Assembly: GCA_963575745.1 (NCBI GenBank)
Contig: CAUYUJ010000001.1
Span: 868,001 to 932,000, forward strand
DNA length: 64,000 nucleotides
Direction of reading: 5' to 3'
Origin: Prorocentrum cordatum
Lineage: Eukaryota
Shown: piece by piece, positions 49,850 through 63,050 of the stretch
Layout: each line of letters begins with the position of its first letter
How positions within the stretch are numbered: the first letter of the stretch is position 1
The notes under the pieces: model-generated
The model's database searches: none
Told to the model about the DNA's origin: nothing
What the model saw: only the letters and a program-made list of their open reading frames with translations
Program-made: the position numbers and the translations under genes

Positions 49850-52800
49850 GAGGATCGCACGGAAGGCCCACATGGCAGCTACGGCATGGACGGTTTCTCT
49901 CGCTATGTTTCTGTTCAACCCCCTGTCCGCCAGACCCGATAGACGCATGGAAAGATTCGAGGAGTCACGCAAGTCCGATGCCAGCATCCCGCCAGGAATC
50001 GCGAGATGGAAATGAGGGGCGCACGTGATTCAAGGCAGCATAGAAGGCTCGATATAAACCGACGCAAGCTGGAGGACAGGAGAACGTGCGAACGGAAACA
50101 CGGGCATATTACCAGCGCTAGAAGACTGACTTCGAGAAACCAGGCCATCAGCGCGGAAGAGACACCCCCAGCACTATGTAGAAGAGGGCTCTCACTACCA
50201 CGACCTGCCCGTCACGGCGACCTGCTCCGAGTGCCCACAGCAGCCCAACAAAGGCAACACCCGCAGGCAGTATTACGCGACGATCGGCCGCTTGTTCAAG
50301 TGGATGGATGTGACGGCGAGGGAAAGGCCCAAACACATCCTGCTAATCGCAGCAGGCGGCCTCAACAACAGCACTTGCCGTTCTCGCGAAATGGTCCGAA
50401 CCCAAACGTCAGTATTGGGACGAGGACGAGCCCGCGAACGATTACCAAGAGGAGCATGACACAAGGCCACACCATTCGCGGACACATCGCCTAGCAGTAT
50501 TGAGATCACTAGGCAACTTGGCGGCCCACGTACTCCGGCGAGAAGAGCGCAAGCTGCGAAGACTACACTGTGGCACCCCAGGGGCTGGCGAACAGCACGA
50601 TCTCACAGGGACCTCCTCTTCGCATGGGCACACGTATCCTGCGCATCCCTTGCCGAAAACACAGAGACCATGTACCAGCACAGGTCACATTAAGGTTACC
50701 GCTGCGACAAAGAGTGCACCAGCAACAGAAGATAACAAAGTGGGACAGACACGCACTGGAACGAGCAGCCCGACAAGGATACAACATAAACGAGTTCATC
50801 CGCGACCTCGTCGAGCAGAGCGTGGAGCAGCGTGAACCAACGGGTAAAGGAGTAGATGCGCTCTTCCAGGACATTAACGAGATGAGACGATCATTAAGTC
50901 AGCCCAGAAGCATCACGGACCCCAACCGGCGACCAAGCAAGGGGAACTAAAACGCCAACGCGTGGGCTTGCTAAGACGTCGACGCGAAGGAAGAGCAGAG
51001 CTAAAACAACGCGGCCCACTCCCCACGATCGCGATCGACACCGCCAACCCAATCAAAGCCAGGGTGGAGTACGCCACGAACACTAGCACCGAGGCCCACC
51101 GCCATGGCGCACCGACCTCGCCGCCACAACTCCCCCAGGAGTCAGGAGGGGCCAGGCCAGGATTTGTCGCTGAGAATAACCTGGGAGCCCCGCCGAGCCC
51201 CGAGGGCGGGATGGGCAGCGAAGGGGACAGACCTGACGCCGAAGAGGAGGAAGTAGTTTAGCCCGAACCCAGCGAGTCAGAGATTATGTTTCGACAGATA
51301 GAGCCCGAGCTCAAGCTGATCACCGGCAGGACGCAGGGCTACGAAAGATAGAGTACCAGAAAGGGAAGGATGCCAGGGTCGAGGAGCTGCACGAGACATG
51401 GGAGAAAAGAGATTTAGCCAGAGCCGGTCGCGCATCACGCCTTATCGCAGGAAAACGATACGGACTGCGAAATCGAGACAACTGGACGGCGGCCACCGCG
51501 GACCCGGTCAAGCAGGACTGACCATAATTTTTAGCCGCCACAAGGAGGCGAAGGGGGAATGCGAGGCGCGGAACAAAACGTGGAGGAGCTAGAGCAGATT
51601 CCACACATGGCGGAACACTATAAAAGTATTACGATAATGACTTAGAGGAGCTGGCGAACGCCAGTAGCGAGTTGATCGCAAAGAGCTCGGAAAAGACCAC
51701 GCTACGCAGAGCAGCTCCACAGAAGGCTGCACCTCCAGAGTTCTGGCGGCTACTTCTACGCCACCCAGCCGAACAACACCAACAGCGACACGGACTGGGG
51801 GCAGAGCGCCAAGCAGAGCGGCCGGAAGGCTTCGAGGCTCTATCTTTAACCACACTGGCGGCGATAAGGGTCGGCAGCATCGCGCCATTTAGACGGCGTC
51901 AAAGCGCGGCAACAGCGGCGCGTATGAACGCGAAGGAGATGCCCCTTCCGGCAAGAGAATCGACCACATCATAGACCCCACCGGCAAGGCTCACTACTCA
52001 ACAGGCGCGCGAAGAGACAAAGGCAAGGTGCACGGCGACCAGAACTACGGCTTCACTAGAGGAAGACAGGGAGAGGGAGCTACACTAATCATGGTAGTGG
52101 TAGAATACAGGGCTGGACAGGCAGGCAGGACTTACGCGCCCACGCTGAAGGACATGTCCAACGCCCTCTCGAGCGGCTCGCGGCTAACCACGGACGCGGC
52201 CAACAGCAAGACCACAGCAAAGGACCAATGGGACTCGGGAGAGCACTGGCACCCCCGATCCAAACTCAACATAACCTGCAAGGGCGCTGAAAAAGGGAAT
52301 ACGCATTAAGCCGCGCTGCGGGGGGCTCGTCGGCGACCCGCACGCGGCCCGCAACCCCGCGGCGAGCATCGCGCCCTGCATCCAAAGACGGACGAAGGAC
52401 TGCAACGACGAGATCGAAACGGACAACCTCCAGCGCCCCAGAGCGATCTCATTATGGCACTCAGTCTACTTCGGCCTCGCCAAGTACGCCGACGGCCTCG
52501 GGAAGCCGACCCCCGGCGGCTACGACGCGAACGCGCGGGGTTTCGTGGACACGGTCAAAAAGGTGGACAAGGAGCCCAACGCGAGGCCACGGGGGACAAG
52601 ACTGCGACGGCATCGGGGCAAGCAGGATATCACGGCACTCTTCAGGGCGAACGGAGCCACCAAGGCGCGCTGCAACCTCGAGAAGACACCAGTTGCAAGA
52701 TGCAAGTCAAAGCGCTTGAAGCAGCGCGCTACCTCGGCCCCCCGATCACCGGGCTACGCCGCGGAACTTCAGGAGCGCGCGCCGGCGATGAATAAGAGCC

Positions 52801-53700
52801 GCCACGAGCGCGGAGGCTTCATGTCGACGGTCGGCGCCCCATGCCGATGGAGGCGAGGGGCCTTGTTCTACAGAGTCATCAACACGGGCCCGTCGCGCGT
52901 CGAGCGGTTCCCCCGACGCCGAACGGGCGCGCGGGGCCACTGGGCGCGGCGGGCGCCCTCCCCTGAGGCGCCGCGGGGGGGGGGGCTGCTCTGCGCCGCC
53001 AAGACGGCAGCTCGAGGAGCGCGACTGCAATGGAGGTCTCGCGCCACCGGCGCATGCCGCCGCCGGCGGAAGAGGCGTTGACCCGCAGACTCGGCTGGGC
53101 ACGAGGTACTCTGAGATGTCAAAATGATCGCCGCCAGCTCATTGCGGCGATGTTCGGCCGACTCAAGTTCGGGGGAAAGGGCGGCGACGACGCGACCGAC
53201 GAGCTCCAGAGCGACGCGACACCCTGGGCACGAAGATTCGCGGGCGACATCGAGCACGCCTGCGAGGTTTCGGAGAGTTGTCGCACGGCGCTGGGCGACG
53301 AGACCTGGATCGGCAAACGACTCGCGTCAAGCGTCCGAGAACAGCTGCATCACCCAGACGTCCAGGAAGACAGGTCAGCTAAGCTAACTGTCGCAGCACC
53401 CCTACGTGGAGTTGGCCAGAAGGACGAACTACGAGAGGAACTAGCTTTACAAGAACAACAGCCTTGGAAATTCGAACTCAAGGCGGGGGAGGGGGGGGCG
53501 TGGGCCATTGCTCGCAGGCAAAACGGCGCTGCACCGCCACGTCATGCGATATTGCCACGCACCTAGCCTTGCTGAGCTACTAAGATCAAGCAGCGAGTGC
53601 ATCAACAGCAGGCAAGTCTTCACATTCAGAGGCACAACGTGGTAGCAATGGTCGCGAAGCATGATGAAATATTGCTGCGACCAGGACAGAACGAGAAACC
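49850..53700 (+). mobile_element. Heavily decayed non-LTR retrotransposon (different family), RT remnants
   Basis: Fragments in RT order: KAAPPEFWRLLL, NYGFTRGR, KDMSNAL, GDP, KYADG (aagtacgccgacggc at ~52482), RYLG. A-rich sense strand with many stops and frameshifts. Boundaries approximate. Confidence 0.65.
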
Positions 53701-55044
53701 AGAGCCAGCCAAAACGCCCTTAGTCGCGATGCTCAATCTGTAGTCACTTAGCTTTGGACACTGGGGAGTCACTTCAGGCACTTGCGCGCGCATCTACCGA
53801 GACAGCTGCTTCAACCTCAAGAGCAGGATTGCGCTGTCCGCCCAGGGGCCGCAGCGGCGGGCAGCGGCGCCAGCGGCAGGACCAGCGCGCCGAGACCGAA
53901 GCCGACAGGGACGACGAACACCCGCCGGGCAAGCAAGTGGCGCCGTGGCGGCACCCAACAACAAAGCGATGGACCCCACGGCGCGCTCGGCACTCATGCT
54001 GGCGAGAGAGCAGGCGGAGCTGGCCTCGGCGGCGCCGCAGACGCGGGAGATTCTGGCCGCCGCGAATACATCTACAGCGGCGCTCGACGACGGCAAAGAC
54101 ACAACGAATCGGCGCAGGACCTTCGGCGAAGGGCAGCTCGAGCAGGACACATCGACGCGCCGTCGCTCGGCTGCCCGCGCGCGAAGGTCGGGGCGGAGGT
54201 CGCGATCTATCCGGGGCGCGACTTGGTTGGAGGGCGGGGCGCCGGAGTAGCACGTCGAGAAGTACTGCCAGGAGACGATCTCGGGCGGCAGCGCGGGGCC
54301 GGCGGCCGACCCCGCCCCGGTCTTCAGGGCGAAACGCAACAAAGGCAAGGAGGGAGGAGGAGCCGCGGAGGAATGCCGGTTCCAAGGCGAAGCATGCGCA
54401 CCACCAGCACGAGACGATCGCGGCGAACCAACCACGGAACGAGGGCGCCGTCCTCGACGTGGGAGCGGCGCCGCGCGGAGCAGTGAAGCACGAGCTGAAC
54501 AAACTAATCAACGGAGACGCTGGCTCGAAGAGCACCGAGGCGAGGCCGCAGATGCCGCTGAGCATAGCGTGCAGCCCCTCTCTGACCCGCATACCTCCTC
54601 CCCCGCGCAGCGCGGAGAGTTTTCGAAACGAGCTCGCGATTTCGTGAGCTGGCACGGAATGGTAGACCTGTCCTCTGCTCAAGGTGGACGCCCCCGATAT
54701 TCGTCAGCTTCAGGGCCCGAATTCACCGAGCTATTCTGCGGTGCGCCGACCCCCCCCCCCAAAAAAAAAAGAACCAAACGAAAAGGGAACGGGGCGCGGG
54801 GGCCGGAACAGTGGCAGGGAGAGGCAGACGAGAGGCCATCCGCAAAAAGCGGGCGCCACCCTACCTGCGGACCCTCGCGCGGGGACGCCGGCGCAGGCAG
54901 AGCCAGAGCATCGCGCGGTGCCAGCGACCCCTTTTCCGCGCAGCGAACACAGCTAGGCCGTATCACATTTGCAAACACAACTCAGCTCTAGTCAGGGGGG
55001 GAGTAGCACCAAACTGGCCCAGGAGCCCGATCGATCGATCGATC

Positions 55045-55232
55045 CCACTCCTACTCCCCTCTCCTCCCCCTCCGCCTCCGCCTCACCTTCGTCCTCCTCC
55101 TCCTCCTCTTCCTCCTCCTTCTCCTCCTCCTCCTCATCATCCTCCTCCTCCTCCTCCTCCGCCTCCTCATCATCATCATCCTCATCCTCATCCTCGTCCT
55201 CGTCCTCGTCCTCGTGCTCCTCCCCCCCCTCC
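55045..55232 (+). repeat. Degenerate (TCC)n tract
   Basis: Directly visible. Confidence 0.9.
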
Positions 55233-55254
55233 CCCGTCGCCATTTTGGCTCACG
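55233..55254 (+). other. Degenerate DinoSL (19/22) directly after (TCC)n
   Basis: cCCGTcGCCATTTTGGCTCAcG. Confidence 0.85.
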
Positions 55255-58200
55255 TCACAGGCGGCCGCGCGCTGCCCGCGAGCGCGGCCGTCCGATAGAT
55301 GCATGCCCTCCCTTTTCTCTGCCACGATGGCGGCCGCCGCAAGCTGGGCCAGGTTCTCGATGGCGACCGCGGGCGCGAACGCCAGCTTCGCCCACTGGCT
55401 GCCGCCGCGCGCGCGCAGTCAGGCGGCCAAACGACGCCGCTTCCAAACCCAATCCAAGCAAATGCAATGAACCGCAACGACAAGCCCCGCGCAACACCGC
55501 CATCACCAACCTCGTTTTCGCCCACGGCCTCAACAGCTGCGCGCACGGCCGGTCCTTCTCCGCCGGCAACGTCCTCTACCGCGCCGACGGCTGCGCCAGC
55601 GGTCGACCCTGATGCACGCCAAGTTGACACATCCAACCTGAAGCTGGAGTTCGGAGCCACCTTCAAGTCCATGGACTATAGTTTGTATTCTTGCAGCGGC
55701 CCCTCACCGCGTCTTTCGACGCTTCGGCATGACCGACATTGTTGCCGCTGTTGCTGCTCGCAGGGTCACGCGGCGCACTCTCTCAGCTCGACGCCGCCCA
55801 CTCGCCCCGCTTCGTGTCGATGGCAACGCGGCTGCGGACGTCCGGGCGGCGCCCCATGCAGCGCGCGAGCATGGCCCGCTCTTGCGCGCAGGTGGCGAGG
55901 AGGTGAAAAACGGCGGCAAGCCCGACCCGTCGCCGCCCCCGCGCCCGCGGGGCAGCGCCATGGCGGACCCGCGGTCGCGGGTGGCACCCATCACTCCCAT
56001 GGTGCGCTGGCTTGCGGCAGACGCGATTATCGACGCGCCCCCCGCCCCCCCTTCCCTGGGCGGCCGCGACGCGGGGCTCCGTCTCCTGCAACGCCGATTG
56101 CGTGCCATTTGGGGTCACCAGTACTTCTTCGAACCCGCCCGCCCCTCGCTCGTAGACCAGCAGAACAGCACCATCGCCCACCAGATGAATATAATCGAGG
56201 GCCGCAGCACTGCCCCGTCTGTGGCAGACACGGTCATCAAGACTGCGCCGTTGGAGGCCCCCATCGCGAGGCCAGAGACCCCCGCCCGCATGTTCTCCGA
56301 CGCGATTGAGACAGCGATCGAACTGAGCATGGGTCAGCAGTTTCCCCCACCCACGTGCAGATGGTAGGCGACAAGATGAACGTGCTCCGCACCACCCTGA
56401 CCCAGCCCACCGGCGGCGGACTCGCCTCCTCGATCGCGAAGCTGGCGCTGGAGCGCGCGGTAGCACCGAAACGGTCATCCGCGGGATCAGCGCGCGCGAG
56501 GAGGAAGAGCCCCACGTCGACAGCCACGCCGTCGGGGGCGGCGCGCGCGGGCCGCCGCCGAAGGTGATGGTTGAAGGGGCCCCAGGACACACAAATAAAT
56601 ACACACAAATAAAAAGATTCCCCATATTTTCCCATATTTTCTGGGTTTCTGTCTTCCCGCCCACTTCCCATATTTTCCCATATTTTCTGGGAAATCGAGG
56701 ATTAATTGTGTCTGTGTGTTTCTTTTCCTCCTGAATGGTGGAGACCGACGCTGCCGACGACCGCGACATCTGCAGCGACGCCGATGGCAAGACGGAGCCC
56801 CCTCTGGAGGCGCAGGCCGAGCTGCCATCCGTCGACTGCTGGCTCGTCTCGCAGGGCGCGCAGACAGAGGTGAACCACGCGGCCATGGCGCGCCTCCTCA
56901 AAACCGCCCCCGTGAACAACAAGAATGGTCAGGTCGTCGGCTTCGCGAACGACACTGTCTGCGCGATGCCTGGCATGGGCCCTGACTGCACGCGCATCGA
57001 GGCCGTCGACCTGGAGATGGCCACGAACAGGGCCTACGACCCAGGCGCCCACGCTAAGGCAGATGTTGTGTGCGGCGCGGACAGACGGATGTCAAACAAG
57101 CAGTTCGTCGAGAACAAGCGCAACGAGGACCGCGCACAGAGGATCGCGAGCTTCCAGCTCGCATCCAGCTCACGCTCTGGACAGACGACCTCCCGCTGCA
57201 CGGGGAGAAGAGACTGCTGGCCGAAGCCCAGGAGCTGCAGCGCATTCAGAAGTGCGGAGAGCCGAGCCAAGTGACGCCCACCAGCTCGACCTCGGCTTCC
57301 GCGACGCTGAGAACTTCGACCGACGGGGCCGCGGCCCCGTCGTCGCGGCTCGAGCGTAAGTCGACAGACCATCCCGATGACACGAGGCCTCCCCCTCGTC
57401 CCCCCCGCAATTTCCAGGTTCGGGCTGTTTTGCTGAAGTCTGGACCGGCGCGCTAGAAGTGGCGCAGCTGGCCCGAGCTATTCTTTCGCAGTTGCTCGAA
57501 GAAGTCCACGTCGCGCAACGCGTCGCCGCGGAAGCAGGGGCAGAGACAGTGCCAGACCAAGACCCGGGCCCGGCGCGACCCGCGCTGCGTCTTCTCCAAT
57601 TTCCTGTTCGGAGCACCGTTAATCAGAGGAGGCAGCCGCAGGGCGGCGGAGCAGGGAAGGAACGCCCCAAGCGTTGGCTCAATGGCGCCCCCCAGCAGGT
57701 TTCGAGACACAGGTAAGCACGGGCAGGATGTAGGTGCAGCAGCCCCCATGTCAACTGTTGGTCAAGATGCTGCAAGAGAGGGGCTTCGAGTCAGGCTCCA
57801 CCGTCGAGAAGCAGCTGCAGAAATCGCCCAGGCAGACCGAGGAGGCAGTCCCCACGGCAGCCGACCTCCATGCAAAGGCCTCCAGACCTCGTCCAGACCT
57901 CTTCTAGAGGGAGGGCAAGAAGCTCATGCAGATGGAGTCATCAGATAAGCGTGTCGAAATATGCAAAGGAGGCTCTGCAGGAGTCGCAGCGGCTCGACGA
58001 TCAGGAGCCCGAGCAGCATCAGCCCCTCTGGGGCAGCATAGCGCAGATCGAGTCGCACATCGAAGAAGTTCACGCAGCATCCGCGCTGCCAGTGCCGGCC
58101 AACATCGACGAGGAAAGCGACCCCGCCCAGAAGCTCTCGGCGCTGGACATCCCGGACAAGGCCCTCCGCAAGTACGCATGCACGTTGGGTTTCGAGGCGA

Positions 58201-58700
58201 AGCCCCTCCTCCAAGCCGCAGGGCTCAAGAAGAAGGGGTTCCGGGATGAAGTGCCCAAGCAGCAGGAAGCACTTGTGCGAGGTGCTAAGAGTACTGATGC
58301 CGCGAGTGCACCTGCACCAGGGAGTCGAACGTAACCAACTTGAATCAGATGTTGCAGACCTTAAGAGAAGCGCACGAGAGCAGGAGTAGCAGCAGCTAGC
58401 GACCCCCGAGCACTCGAGCAACTCCTGGACGACATTGCCAACCGCATCGAGAGGCAGAAGCTGGGGTAGCACGAACTCCAGCTCCTCGGTGTGGCCCATC
58501 AACCCTGCTGCCTGGACATCAGCTCAGAAACTGATGGAGCGGGCCATGCATGACCATTGTGCGGCGCTGATGTTCACGGGGGGTGACGCGGTTGCTGCCA
58601 TGGATATCCGTAAGGGCTTCGCCCCCTGCCGCCGGCCCCCTCTCTCGGAGAATGGGCCATGGAAGAGCTAAGTCATGAGGTCTTGGCGCTGTCGTGAAGC
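55233..58700 (+). pseudogene. Decayed SL-headed retro-inserted unit (possibly the ORF1 region of a LINE), product unknown
   Basis: SL head followed by frameshifted coding-like fragments (LRAIWGHQYFFEP, KNGQVVGF, EALQESQRLDDQEPE...), interrupted by an AT-rich piece at ~56585-56730. Confidence 0.4.
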
Positions 58701-58877
58701 AGTATCGAAACTTCATGCGAAGCCGATTCGCAATCAGCAAAACCAACTGATCACAAGAGGGGTTACCACACCTGGCGATTGGTAAGACGTGTATGGTTTA
58801 CGGGCTTGGTTACCACACCTTGCGATTAAAGGGCCGAGGGAGTTCTCGCAGTTTGGGTTACCACGCCTTGCGATGGA

Positions 58878-59381
58878 TGTGCGTGAAGGGTGGCACCGAA
58901 TTTCAGAAATGTGGCAAATCCCCTGTGTTTTTGGACCCTGACCCCGCGGATCTGCGTGAGGGGTGGCGCCGAATTTCAGAAATGTGGCAAATCCCCTGTG
59001 TTTTTGGACCCTGACCCCGCGGATCTGCGTGAGGGGTGGCACCGAATTTCAGAAATGTGGCAAATCCCTGTGTTTTTGGACCCTGACCCCGCGGATCTGC
59101 GTGAGGGGTGGCACCGAATTTCAGAAATGTGGCAATGACCCCGCGGATCTGCGTGAGGGGTGGCACCGAATTTCAGAAATGTAGCAAATCCCCTGTGTTT
59201 TTGGACCCTGACCCCGCGGATCTGCGTGAGGGGTGGCACCGAATTTCAGAAATGTGGCAAATCCCATGTGTTTTTGGACCCTGACCCCGCGGATCTGCGT
59301 GAGGGGTGGCACCGAATTTCAGAAATGTGGCAAATCCCTTGTGTTTTTGGACCCTGACCCCGCGGATCTGCGTGAGGGGTG
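58878..59381. repeat. 73-bp tandem minisatellite, ~7 near-identical copies (one internally deleted)
   Basis: gcgtgaggggtggcaccgaatttcagaaatgtggcaaatcccctgtgtttttggaccctgaccccgcggatct; a diverged monomer lies at ~880-955. Confidence 0.97.
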
Positions 59382-60170
59382 TCGATTTCGAGCCCCCCCA
59401 GCAATTCAGACAACGCGCCCAGGGGACGCTAAAAATCTTGTTTGGGCCCCTCCCCCCCTCGCGCGGTCAATCAACTAGTTACAGTAACCAGCAAGAAGCA
59501 GAACTGTAACACTGGAAACTACAAGCTACAACTGGTACAGGAAACTGCGAATCACGGTCCTACAGCCTGGTGGCCCCACAAGGGGGCCTGCGGATTTCCA
59601 GCGTGGGCGGGGCCGACGGCAGCGGGGGGGCCTGAGACCCGAGGTCGCCGATCCCAGGAGGCCCTCGTGAGGGGAACGCCCGGTAGAATCGGTGGCCAGG
59701 CTGGTGGCTCCAGCGCCTGGTCCCAGGAGGCCCCCAAGAGGGGAACACCTGGTGGTATCGGAGGACCCCACGAAGCCCCCTCGAGGAGAACACTTGAGGG
59801 CGGCGATCACAGGGCAGCTGGAGGTGCAGACATTTCAGATCAAGTGCCAGAAGGCATTCTGACTGACGCCTTCTCTTCTGCATTCAGGAGTATCGAGTCA
59901 AAGATGCGATCAGGCACCAGCGTGCCATGACACGGGCGAAGCGGCGAGGCGATCAGAGTCCATGTCACTGGGGGAGGTCACAGGCCCAGAACCTGCGGAG
60001 TCGAGTGCAGGTTGCGCGGTGTTGAATACGTATCCAGCGGACATGATTTCCTTGAGTGATGGCGAGAAGCTTCCTAAGTTCTGGTTTGCAGCCAGCGAGA
60101 TCAGCATCGGTCTTCCGTTGCCAGTAGTGATCTTTTCAGTAGATTCGCACACCAGCATTGGTACCCTAAT

Positions 60171-60232
60171 CTCCTCCTCCTCCTCCTCCTCCTCCTCCTC
60201 ATCCTCATCATCATCATCATCAGCATCATCAG

Positions 60233-60322
<90 letters not shown>

Positions 60323-60330
60323 CATCATCT
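60171..60330. repeat. (TCC)n then (TCA)n compound microsatellite
   Basis: Directly visible. Confidence 0.95.
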
Positions 60331-60534
60331 CGCTCCTCCTCGCCCCACTACTTCCTTCCCTCCTGCCTCATAATCCTTCTCCCTCTACTTCCTTCTACCT
60401 CGTCCCCTTCGAAAGGGCGTTTTCTGTTGTCGCTCGTAGGGTCCCCAGGTTCGGATCCCCCGACACGGGGGGGGAGCGGGGGAAATGTCCCTCCCCACGG
60501 GATTCGAACCCGGGGGGGGGGGGGGGCGACGACG

Positions 60535-61485
60535 ACGGCGTCGTGCTCGGCGTCGTCGTCGTCGTCGGCGGCGGCGTCGGCATTGGTGTCGTCATCGTCG
60601 TCGAGGCCGGCGTCGGTGTCGGCGCCGGCGCCGGCGTCTGTTTCGGCGTCGGTGTCGCTGTCGGCGCCAGGCGTCGTCGTCGTCGGCATCGGCGTCTGCG
60701 CTGGCGTTGTCGTCGTTGTCGGCGTCTTGCTCGACATCGTGATCGGCGTCGGCGTCATCGTCGGGCTGGCGTCGTTATCAGCGTCGGCGTCGACGTCAAC
60801 ATCGGCGTCGGTGCTAGCGTCGGCGTCGGCGGCGTCGTGCTCGGGGTCGTGCTTAGCGTCGTGCTCGGCGTCGGCGTAGTTGCCATTGTCGGCGTCGGCG
60901 TCGTGCTCCGCACCGGCGTCGGCGTCGTCATCGTCGTCGGCGTCGGCGTCGGCGTCATCGTCGTCGTCGTCGTCGACGTCGGCGCCGGCGTCGGCGCCGT
61001 TGTCGGCGTCGGCGTCGTGCTCTTAGTCGGCGTCGACGCCGGCATCGTTGTCGACGTCGGCATCGTCGGCGACGTGCTCAGCGTCGTGCTCAGCGTCGTG
61101 CTCGGTGTCGTCATCGTCGTCGTCGTCGCCGACGTCGGCGTCGGCGTCGTGCTCGGCGTCGTTGACGGCGTCAGCGTCGTCGTCGTCATCGTCGACGCCG
61201 GCGTCGGCGTCAGCGTCATCGTCGCCGTCGTCGACGTCGGAGTCGGCGTCGGCGTCGTGCTCGGCGTCGTGCTCGGCGTCGGCGCCGGCGCCAGCGTCGG
61301 CGTCGGCGTCGGCGTCGTCGTCGGCATCACCGCCAGCGTCCGCGTCGCCGCCGGCGTCGGCGTAGGCGTCGGCGTCGTATTCGGCGTCGTGTCCGGCGTC
61401 GTGCTCGGCGTCATCGTCGGCGTCGGCGTCGGCATCGTCGTCGTCAGCATCGCCGTCGTCGTCATCGTCGTCGTCGTGGTCGTTT
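60535..61485. repeat. Degenerate (GTC/GGC)n expansion, reverse complement of the (GAC)n type
   Basis: Directly visible. Confidence 0.95.
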
Positions 61486-62064
61486 CGTTTCCTCCCCCCC
61501 AGGTTCGAACCCACCCGGGGGGAGGCTTTTCCCCCCGCCCCCCCCCCCCTTTTCGAAGAGGGGGGCTCTCCCCCCCTCCCCAGCTTCGAACCCTGGGAGG
61601 GGGGAGTTTACCCGCCCAGGTTTCTGGGGGAGGGTGGGGTGCATTTTTTTTCCAAGCGAGCGCCCGCGAAACGCGCTCTCTACTTCCTTCGCATCCCCCT
61701 ACCTCCTGCTCCTCCTCCCCGCCTCCCACCTCCTCCTTCTCCCATCTCTTCCTCCAGCCTCCTTCCAAGAGGAGGAGGAGGAGGAGGAGGAGGAGGAGGA
61801 GGAGGAGGAGGAGGGAGGCGGAGGGGAGGCGGATGTATGATGATGATGAGGATGATGATGATGATGAGGAGGAGGAGGAGGAGGAGGAGGAGGAGGAGGA
61901 AGAAGAAGAAGAAGAGGCGGCGGAGGAGGCGAAGGAGGAGGAAGGAAGGACGTGCCGACGTCGACGTCGTTAAGGGAGAGGGGACGTGACTGCCGCCGTC
62001 CCGAAGGAGCAGCTCGAGCCCGAACTCCAGGGCTCGCCAGCCATTGAACCCGTCACGCCGACGG

Positions 62065-62786
62065 AGCTGCGTGGCTCCCTGCCGTCGTCTGCTCGTCGGC
62101 ACCGCATGTCGTCGTCGTCGTCGTCGTCGCCTCCCGCCTTCCCAACATCATCCCCTGTCATCCTCGCGGTGAAAAAAAAACACGACGGGAGGTGTTTGCC
62201 AATTTCAGCCTGCGGGGGCACCTTGCTTGGCCTGGGACCACCAAAAACAGTTCGGGATGCGAAGTTTGTCTTGGGGCAAGGGGTCCAGAACCCTGAGGGT
62301 CCACGTCGCGAAAAAAACACGACGTCGGGGTCTGGGTGTCCAGATCTCCGACGAATTAGGGTTTTCATAGATTTGGCCCTTGAGGCCCGCTTTCGGGACA
62401 CGGATGAAAAAAATACGACGTCGTAGCTGCGTGGCTCCCTGCCGTCGTCTGCTCGTCGGCACCGCATGTCGTCGTCGTCGTCGTCGTCGCCTCCCGCCTT
62501 CCCAACATCATCCCCTGTCATCCTCGCGGTGAAAAAAAAACACGACGGGAGGTGTTTGCCAATTTCAGCCTGCGGGGGCACCTTGCTTGGCCTGGGACCA
62601 CCAAAAACAGTTCGGGATGCGAAGTTTGTCTTGGGGCAAGGGGTCCAGAACCCTGAGGGTCCACGTCGCGAAAAAAACACGACGTCGGGGTCTGGGTGTC
62701 CAGATCTCCGACGAATTAGGGTTTTCATAGATTTGGCCCTTGAGGCCCGCTTTCGGGACACGGATGAAAAAAATACGACGTCGTAG
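62065..62786. repeat. Exact 360-bp tandem duplication
   Basis: 62065-62424 reads identical to 62425-62784. Confidence 0.97.
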
Positions 62787-62831
62787 GCCTTGTCTCGTGG
62801 TGACCTCAGGGGGCCTAGATGGACCAGGGAC

Positions 62832-63050
62832 CTCTCCTCCTTCCTCCTCCTCCTCCTCCTCCTCCTCCTCCTCCACCTGCTCCTCCACCTGCTCCTCCTC
62901 CTTCTCCTCCTCCTCCTCCTCCTCCTCCTCCTCCTCCTCCTCCTCCTCCTCCTCCTCCTCCTCCTCTCCTCCTCCTCCCTCCTCCTCCTCCTCCCTCCTC
63001 CTCCTCCCCCTACTCCTCCTCCTCCTCCTCCTCCTCCTCCCCCTCCTCCC
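62832..63050. repeat. (TCC)n microsatellite
   Basis: Directly visible. Confidence 0.95.

Noticed and set aside
58878..59381. CRISPR-like regular repeat
   Set aside because: Units are contiguous with no unique spacers, no cas genes are present and the context is eukaryotic.
60543..61973. 476-aa Val/Gly-rich ORF
   Set aside because: Translation of a (GTC/GGC)n tract.
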